Positions 52,001-64,000 of a stretch of 64,000 bases of DNA are shown one piece after another. Under the pieces are notes generated by a model. It made no database searches and was not told where the DNA came from. It saw only the letters and a program-made list of their open reading frames with translations. A program made the position numbers and the translations under genes. Position 1 is the stretch's first letter; every line of letters begins with the position of its first letter. The DNA is from Camelus ferus. Taxonomy: Eukaryota. Location of the stretch: NCBI RefSeq assembly GCF_009834535.1, contig NC_045704.1:21328001-21392000 (forward strand). The letters run 5' to 3'.

Positions 52001-55000
52001 TGGGTCCCGGAAATGTGTAGCACAGAGATCAGGCCTGGACCTTGTCCTCCGCGGCCCTCTGGGGCTGGGAACGTCTCCACCAGGAACCTACCCCGAGACC
52101 CCGCTGCCAGGAAGCCGTCATCCCAAGACCAGATCTGGGGGCACAAAAGAGGAAGATCACTGAGGAGACTAGGGAGGGCAGACAGGGGCGGTGGGCGCGG
52201 TGAGGAATGTCAGAGGTAGTCACAATAGTTTTGGGAGTCCGGCTGAGAGGTCCAGGATCATGGCTTGGATGAGTCTTGAGAGCGGGGACATTTCCTTACC
52301 ACGGCTTCTGGGGCGGGGGAGGCGAAGACCAGACACTGGAGGCGGGCGGGGCCCCTCAGGAAGGCGGGCGCAGAGTGCAGGGCGGTCACTACTGGTGGTG
52401 CTGGTTTGGAGATTGTGGACCAATCAGAGGAGAGGCCCCGCCCTCCCTCAAGCCCGTCCTCAATCGGGCGGGGCCAGGCCTGGGCACTCCCCACTAACCC
52501 CAGCGAACCAGGCCACGCCTCTCCACAAATTCGAAACCCCACTGGGGCTGGCCTTCGCTAGGTCCTGCTGCAATCCCCAGGTCCCGCCGTCTGTTGAGCT
52601 TCCCCTCTAAAGGCCATGTTCACTCTCATTAGACCTCGTCCCCTCTGCCCACTCCTTATCTAGGACCTGTCGGTTCCACTAGGAAGCACCCCTTTCTCAC
52701 CGTTCACAGTCAACCTAGCCTCAGCAGCGCCGCCCCCCAGGCCGGAGAGCCCTGGCTCAGCCTTGCACACGTAGTCGCCTGCATCCTCGGGCCCCACCGC
52801 GGGAAGACGCAGAGTGGGCCCGGAGGCCAGCACCTGGGATAGTGAAGGGGCGTCACGGCCAGGAACTTGGGAAGGATCAGTGCCACTGCCAGCCACCGCC
52901 ACAAGCCCCAGATCGGGTCTCACCTGCGCGTCCCCGCGGCGGGTCCAGGTTACCCGTGGGAGCGGATTTCCGCGCCAGACACAGGTGAAGAAGGCATCGT
53001 TCCCGAGGTCCACGGACACGGGTTTCGGCTTTGCCTGAAGAATCGGCCCGACTGAAGGAGAGAGTTGAGCGGGTCACATGACCAGGGAGGGCTGCAACTT
53101 CTGACTCGGGATCAGCTACTCAGAAACGACACCCACAAGAGCCCACTGGGTTTAAGCCCCTGTCCATAGCTCACACTCCCGGCTCACATGCCCGACTCAC
53201 ACCCCTGGGCCCCGCCTTCGCCCCGCCCCTGCTCCACTTTGGCTTGGATCCAGCACTGCCAACCCCCGCCTAAATCCTATTCTGGCCCCACCTCCTCCCT
53301 CAGCGGGACACAGCCACGCCCCACCGTAGCCCCCAGCTCATCCAGCGCGCCCCACTTTGGACACAGGCACGGCCCCGCCCCGGCTCACACTGCACATCCA
53401 GCGCTGTGCTGCGGTTGGCGCTACCCACGGCGTTGCTGACCTCACAGGACACCGGCGCGGTCAGGAATGAAGCGTCCGCCACTACCACCAACATTGGCCC
53501 GCGGGCCCCAAGCACCGGGGACCCCCCCTTTGCCCACCTGCGACGGTGATAGGCTGTTAGTGTTGTCCTTGCTCTTCATGCACACCTACTCACATCCTAG
53601 CCCCAGCCCTCCCCAAGCCCATGCTCCAGGCTGGGGAAGAGATGATCTTCGTCCTCACCTATAGCCGGTAACAGGAGGCTGAGCAGTCGCTTGGCATCGG
53701 AAAGTGACCTTCTCTCCCTCCTGCACTGTCTGTGGTTCTGCAGACAGAGTCACCACTGGGGGGTCTGTGAAGGTGAGTCAAAGGTCAGCGATGGGCAAGG
53801 ACATGGAACACCCCCACTGACGACCTAGGAATCAAATTCTCAGCTCCTTCACTCCAGGAGTTTGAGTCCCCAGTACTCTCTTCCCTTTCAACTAGGAGTC
53901 TAGGCCTCCAGTTCCCAATTCCCTCAGGGACTTCAGGTTCACAGCCCTCTCCTTCCTCTTATCCTGGAGTCCAGGTTCCAGTCCCCTCTTTCCCCAAGGA
54001 CCTCAGCCTCAAAGCCCAGTGTCTAACTGCACTCACACTGCAGGCTCAGTGTGACAGCTGTGTCCTTTCCTGCGGGCATGGCTTGGCTTCGGGCCCGGCA
54101 AACCAAGGTGGCTCCATCATCATGGCTGGAAGGGGTCAAGGATAAGATGCTCTCCACTGATCCAGTGGTTCCTTCCTTCAACAGGGTCTGAATAATAATA
54201 ATAATCTCATCAGGTTATGAATAATAATAATTTCACCTACCCTTACGTAGTACTTTACTATGTCAAGCACTCTTCTAGGCATTTATAAATACTACTTCAT
54301 TTAATCCTCACAACTACCCTAGAGGTGCATACTACAATTGGCCCCATTGTACAGATAAGTAAACTGAGGGACAGAGAGGTTAAGATCAATCAACTGGTGA
54401 ATTGTTGGGTCAGAATTTGAACCCAGGTAGTCTGGCCCTAGAGCCCTTATCCTTAATCACATACCAAGGATCCCAGGCTTTGAATCCTTGCCCTCCCATT
54501 GCTTTTTCTCTTCTGGATGAGCCTATGGTCTGAATGGACTCCCAAATTTCCCTGAATGAGCAAGGGCTGGCACAGAGTGTTGGACCTGACCTGGTGGAAG
54601 GTGGCCCCATCCAGCCGGACCCCATCACGGAACCACAGCAGCTCAGGGGTGGGGCGGGCATCCCCACGGCTCCGACAGGTCAGATTCGCAGGAATCCCAG
54701 CAACCAGAGACACAGAAGGGCCTCCCAGCACCTGGGGAGCTTCTGGCGGCACTGTGGGGGTGGATCTGGGGTCAGAGCTAGATCCTGGGCCCAGAGACCC
54801 TGATCTTCCCAGCTCTAACCCGCCATTTTTCCATTCTCCTGGACTCAGACTCCCAGTTAGCACTGGTTGTGCCCAAAGGGCTCCCTGGGGACGAGTGGGC
54901 TGGATCCTCACCCAGCACGTGCAATTGGGCTGGTCGAGAACGGAGGCCTGCTTGTGTAGCCTGACATTCGTACGATGCTTGATCCTCTAGCTCCACAGGC

Positions 55001-56060
55001 CTAATGTGGAGGTCGTGCTGGCCACTGACTGCATTCCCTGATATCCAGTACCGGGACCACCCTGGAGTCAGGGAAGACGCAGTCACACCATGGTTGTGAT
55101 TTCCTGGCCCCAGGCCTCCATTCCCAGACATCTCATACGAGAAAAACACTACCAAAGGTGGGTGCTGGGCCAGAGAAACAGTAACCCTCTCCCAATCCAG
55201 AATCACTGCAGCTCGGAGGTGACAAATTTAAAAAAAAAAATCAAGAAAACTATCGCCATAAAGGTCAAATTAGATGCCACCTCTTGGGTGAGAAGGGAGT
55301 GGGAAGGGACTGAGGAGGGCTTCTGGGAGCTGGCAATGGACCTCGGTAGTGGTTACATGCATGTCTATGGTAGAATTATTTGACAAACCTTCCACTTATG
55401 TTTTATGTGTTTTTCTGCATTTATGTAATATTTTACAATAAAAATTAAAATCCACAAACCCTGTAAGTCACCTCCAGAAAAGCTGAAAATACAGGACTCC
55501 CAAATGTTTACCTGAGCACATTAACTACCCCAACTTAAAAATGTCAAAATAGAAACTTCAGTTCTTGCACAAGACCAGCACTCTCACCCTGGAGCCAACC
55601 CCTCCCTGAACAGAGAAAACAGTCTCACCCGGCAGGTCCCTTTCGCCCCCGAGAGCCAGCCCATCCTTAGTCCACTGAACCAGCCCCCAGTATGCGCCCA
55701 GGGCACAGGGCAGCCGGGCCTCATCCCCTAGCAGTACTACCAGGTCCTCAGGCTGTTGCAGGAAATGGGGTGACAGGCCTAGGAGAAAGGAGTGAGGGGG
55801 GAGCAGAGCTGAGCTTGGCACATTCAAGAACTTCCTCATTCAGGACCCGGGAGTCCAGTCCCCAGCCCGCTCTTTCCTCAGATCCAGAAGCTAGAGTTCT
55901 CCTCCCTCAGACCTAGGAGTACAAGACCTTAGGCTCACCCACCCCAGTAAAGCAGCAGCTGACAAAGAATTCTCTCCTATGTTTATCTGTCCCCGCCCCT
56001 CCCGGTACCTGCACGCCCTCTGAGGCAGAAGAAGAGGACCAGGAGTGTGGGGACCAGCAT
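49094..56060 (-). CDS. KIRREL2: KIRREL2 / NEPH3 Ig-superfamily adhesion protein, 15 exons; as assembled carries a +1 frameshift in TM exon 12
   Basis: Exons 56060-56009, 55778-55629, 55061-54912, 54751-54591, 54187-54037, 53764-53659, 53537-53389, 53051-52924, 52833-52701, 52400-52300, 52134-51915, 51440-51335, 51033-50930, 50630-50565, 49429-49094. Five Ig domains ([15 protein letters not shown]..., [12 protein letters not shown]...), DPTNGYYKV motif and PDZ-binding C-terminus LQTHV*. Confidence 0.96.
54200..54480. mobile_element. MIR in KIRREL2 intron 4
   Basis: CATTGTACAGATAAGTAAACTGAGGGACAGAGAGGTTAAG...GAATTTGAACCCAGGTAGTCTGG. Confidence 0.65.
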
Positions 56061-59000
56061 CGTGAGCGTGTGTCCCCCAAGATGCAGCCGATTTGCTGTT
56101 GCACTGGCTTCCCTGCCAGCCGTTTCCTCGGGAGCACACCTCCCACCACTCTGGCCTGGAGATCCCTTCGGTCCCGACTCTTCGCCCCAGGCTAGCGGTC
56201 CCCCTTTCTCTGGCCTGGAGTTCCCCTAATCTGCTCAGCTGCAGGTTCCGAGGCTCTGAAACGCTGGCCAGTTCCGCGCGCAGGTTCTTGGAAAGATCCG
56301 TGAGGGCTTGATCCTACTCGCCCCGCCCCGCCCCGCCCCCTGGGAGACCCGCCCTCTTCCCATTGAGAAACTCCCGCGGCCCAGACGCGGATGAACGGGG
56401 GCACGCAGGGCGGAATCCCCCCAGCTGGTGGACGCCGCAGCCCCCTTTCGGTCTGGGAGCTGGAACACCTGGGTCGAAGGAAGGGGTCCCGGCTGGGTTG
56501 GACACCTGTACCCTGTCGGGGTTGGTGGGTGGCTGAGGGTGAAGAGGAGGGAGGGGAGGGAGTGGAAGAAACTTGCTCAGCTCGGGTCCTGGAGGGACCT
56601 CGCTGAGTGGAAACGGAGCTATAAATGGGAACCCTTGGGGACTTGCTAGTTTCCGCGCCCTGGGGAGGCGGGGCCCAGGGCTCCCCTGGGTCTGAGGGTC
56701 AGGAAAAGGGCACCAGGTTTCTCGGGGGGGGGGGCAGCTGGGACCTCTGAGAAAGGGGGTTCAGTTCTCCCCACCTCAAAACCCCTGTTCAGAATATTCC
56801 TCTTCCTGCCTTGTTACCGCTGCAAACCACAGCGTCCTAAGATCCAGGAATCCAGGCCCCACAGCCCCTCCGGTCCCAGGACTCCCGCAGGCCGGGACCA
56901 CCCCCCTCGCCTCACTCAGCAGCGGTTGCTGGGCGACGGCTGGGAGGCGGCGGTGCCCGGGCTGGGGCAGGCCGGGAGGCTGGGAACTGCGCAGCTTGTC
57001 CTGACGGCTGCATGCCGCCCAGCTGGGGCGTTCCCACGCTGCGGGCTGGCGGTGCGCTGCGCAGCTGGCGGGACAGGTGGGTGGGACCCCGAGTCGACAG
57101 AGGGGGACGGGGCCGGGGGCCTAGGACCGTGGATCTGACTGACATCTTGGAGACTGTAGGGACTGGGGAGCCACACTCAGGTTCTCTGTTGTTTCTGAGC
57201 TCAGATTCTTGTGTCCCTAAATAGCGGGGCATGGACGCCCAGGATTCTAAGCCTGGGGATTCAGACCTCTGATGACTGCGACGCCAATGGCCTGAACTCC
57301 GAGTTTCTTAAGAGCTGGGGACTCAACTAGGTCCTCTGCCTGCAGCAGGGTGCAGTTGGGAGAGGATGACCGGGGGTCAGAAAATCTGATCTTAAGTCTT
57401 AGAGTCAGTGGATTTAACCACCAATCTCTCTCCCACCCCTACACAGGCCCAGGAGGATTTGAAAATCAACAGACAGTGAACATCTGCCCTAAGTCCTATG
57501 GGCGGGGAGTGGGAAGGGGGGAGGATTGGAGGCCTGAACTTCCCGGTCCTTGGGGAGAGAGGGCTGCAGTCTTGGAATCCTGAATCTGAGAAGAGTGGGT
57601 CCAAGGGGTCCCAGACTTCTAGAACTTCTGGCTTCTGGGTTTGGGGATCTAGTCCCTGGCTTTTGAAATAGGTTGAGCTTGGAGCCAGGACACCTGAGTC
57701 AGATAGTAAGGCTATTTTTTCCAGACACCTGATATCGCTTCCCCTTCCTGTCTCTGGGGCCACAGACATGGAAAGATAGAGAGCCTGAGGTCTCAGGAGC
57801 ATCTAAGAAGGAAAGTATCCAAGGTGGAGGGTGAAAGGTTTGTGCTAATTAAAGATCCCAGCAATGGACAGCTCTGCACGGTGACCCTGAGGGACACCAT
57901 CTGGTGACGACCTTATGACAGAACCCCCGGCTCTGTATCCAGCCCAGTCCCCAGGAGGCACAGGGCAGTTGGGAGAGGGGATGTGGGAGGCGGGCAAGGA
58001 GTCAGTAAGGGGAGGGAAGAAGAAATACCAGAGGGAGCATCAAGGATGGAGCTGTGGGGCTCAGGCTAGCTGCCTCATCTTATTCCTGGAGGAGGACCAG
58101 ATGGGGGGTCATGGGGGAAGAGAGAGAGAGAAAACGGGCAGCTCCAATTCCTGTAGGAGATAAGCGGGCAGAAGAAGCTTATCCCCTGTGGGTGTGTATG
58201 CCCATGATGGGGTGGGGAGGGCAGGCCAGCCAGCATATGGTTATAAAATTCAAAGATGTGACAATCAGAAAGACTCAGAGATGGAGAAACAAATAAAAGG
58301 AAGAGGCATAGTCAAAGGCTGACTGAGAACAAATATTTATTGAGACAGAGTATGGAGTGGGAGAGACAGAGATGAGAACAGAGACAGAAAGAGAAAAACA
58401 GAGACACACAGGGGCCTAGACAGTGACAGAGTTAAAGGTGACTGAGATGTAACTGCCGAGTGTGGCGTGGCGGGAGACACTGAGACAGAGTAGGAAAGTC
58501 TCAAAGCGATGATGAGAGATAGGAAGATAAATTGAGGTGGGTTGAGGGAGAGAGGAAGAGACAGAGATACTCAGAAGAAGAGACTGGGAGAGACAGAGGG
58601 AAGCTACGTGAACAAGAACTCACGGCTCTTGCCAAAGGGTTCCCACCTGGGCTCAGCGCTGATGGCCTTAACCCTGCCTTTCACTCCCACCCCCTCTGAC
58701 TGTGCTGCACACTTACTCTTTAGACACTTACCCGCTCATACACTCTGTACACGCTTCCACAGATCACAATTCACTCTCACCTTCCCCAGGCTCACATGCA
58801 CGCTTATGCACTCATGTGCCCTTTACATACACACGTGCACACGGATACCTGCACTCTCCCAATCTCTCACACACACTTCTGCCCAGTCTCTGGCAGAGAT
58901 CCCTGACATCAGAGAGTGAGGTGTCCACTCAGGGAAGGAAGGGACTTGAAGGTCACGTACCAGGGCAGGAAGAGTGGGGCAGTCCTACCCCCATGCCAGG

Positions 59001-59715
59001 CCAAGCTCTCTGCTCCCCATGCTGAGCTGGGACCACTTGGGTCTGACCAGCTCCCCCTCACCCCTGGCCCAAGCCAGGCCCTGGAGGTCATGGGGGCAGG
59101 GGAGGCACCCAAGAATGTGCCTGGCATGTGCTGACAGGGGATTTCTAGCTCCAGCTGTGCTGGGAGGAGCCTGTTGGGTAGAGGCCTGAAGCTGGAGACT
59201 TGGGAGTGTGCCTGGGGGAGGTAGCAGTGTGAGCATGAGATTCCACTGGGTCTGACAACAACTCTGCCGCTGACCGCATCATTGCTCTCTGGGGCTCATG
59301 GAACCTGCTGGACTCTGAACATTTTGTCCTTTCTGAGGGGCTGTGAGTAGTGAGAGGAGACCAGGGGTGGAGGTGGCAGGAGAGAAAAAAGAAAAATAGA
59401 GACTGACTAGGAGGGACATAGAGACTCAGAGAGAAAGAGAAAGAGAGCACCTTAGGCAGGGGGAGGAAGAGAGAGAGAATCCAGGAGGGAGCGTGCAGGG
59501 GACTTAGGGCAGGGAGAGAGAGAGAGACAGAAGGAGAGGGCGTGGGGCCAGAGAGACTGACTCCTGGGGAGAGAGACAAACAGAGAAAGAGAAGGAGAAA
59601 ATAGAAAAAGAGAGACAAAGAGATGAGACCTAGAGAGAGGGACCCAGAGAGAGGCAGAGGCAGAAACAGGAGGCAGGAGGTGGGCCCTGAGGGAGCCACA
59701 GGCAGAGGACCTGGG
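56061..59715. promoter_or_regulatory. KIRREL2/NPHS1 head-to-head shared regulatory region
   Basis: Divergent ATGs at 56060 and 59716. CpG-rich 56200-57130; PTF1-type site 57020-57038; MAF half-site TGCTGAC 59129-59135; GA-rich tract about 59380-59670. Confidence 0.7.
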
Positions 59716-63253
<3,538 letters not shown>

Positions 63254-63289
63254 GTTGGTGCCACACAAGGGTTGTGAGTGGCCAGGAAT

Positions 63290-64000
63290 ATGGGGGAACA
63301 GTGAAGCCCTTTCTGCCCTCCAGAGTCTTGGGAAATCTTGGAAAACTTGAATTTCTTTAAAAATACTGGAGATTTTGAGTTTTGGCAGGGAATTGGAAAA
63401 GACACAAATGCCATGAAAATCAAATGCAATCTTAGGAAAATAGATGAAATTCTAGGGGAAAATGTGAGAATTCTAGAGTAAAAGAAGGAATTCTGGATCA
63501 GGATTGGGGATTCTAGAGAAAAGGCAATTAATTTAATTAAAATTAAAGGAAATTCTGGTGAAATCTTGAAATTCAACTGAAATGGCAGAAATTTTAGAGA
63601 AAGACCAAGAATTCCAGAAACAAAGACAATGGTGGGCAAAGGCTAGAAATTTGGGGAGAAAGACTAGTAATTCCACAGAACATTTGAAAATCCATTAATA
63701 TTAAATTGAATTCTTGGGATTTGGGGGTAAGACAATGAAACTCCATTAAAACTGAAAGAAAGTCTGACAGAATTCTGGGAAAATCTTGGGAAACTAGGAA
63801 TCTAGTGGAAATTCTGGGGGAAAGACTAAGAAGTATAGGAGTGAAGTTGAATTCCATTTAATTGGATGGAATTCTGTGGAAATGCCCAAAATTGGGGTAA
63901 AGCAAAAGATTCTACTAAAAGACTAGGATAATAAGAAAATATTGGGGAAAGATTCAGAAATCTGCGGCCAGAGAATGAAATTAAGGGAAAGATCAAAGGA
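63290..64000 (+). repeat. Degenerate ~20-bp tandem repeat in NPHS1 intron 11
   Basis: AATTCT/AATTY cores at 63448, 63469, 63489, 63509, 63530, 63551, 63570, 63590, 63610, 63648 and 63669. Confidence 0.7.

Overview
Mammalian genomic DNA, probably a camelid, judged from tRNA-Ala-derived vic-1-type SINEs. It is orthologous to the human 19q13.12 cluster, read in reverse orientation: TYROBP(+), HCST(-), NFKBID(+), APLP1(-), KIRREL2(-) and the first 11 exons of NPHS1(+). The first ~21 kb is largely repeat-derived intergenic DNA with an orphan CpG-island promoter near 4.6-5.2 kb. Exons were traced by hand using GT-AG boundaries and reading phase. Three N-gaps hide the NFKBID last coding exon, most of APLP1 exon 4 and the start of APLP1 exon 1. 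The most notable observations are: (1) a 122-codon spliced, AUG-less frame upstream of the NFKBID AUG, containing a helix resembling the C-terminal half of the OCA (POU-coactivator) peptide and overlaid by out-of-frame uORFs; (2) two +1 frameshifts with the same ATG->ACTG signature, in the TYROBP ITAM exon and the KIRREL2 transmembrane exon, more likely assembly errors than real null alleles; (3) a Roquin-type stem-loop array in the NFKBID 3'UTR; (4) a canonical PTF1 (E-box + RBPJ) site between KIRREL2 and NPHS1. No prokaryotic-type systems (CRISPR, operons) are present. Comparisons with human, mouse, pig and cow proteins are from memory and were not aligned computationally.
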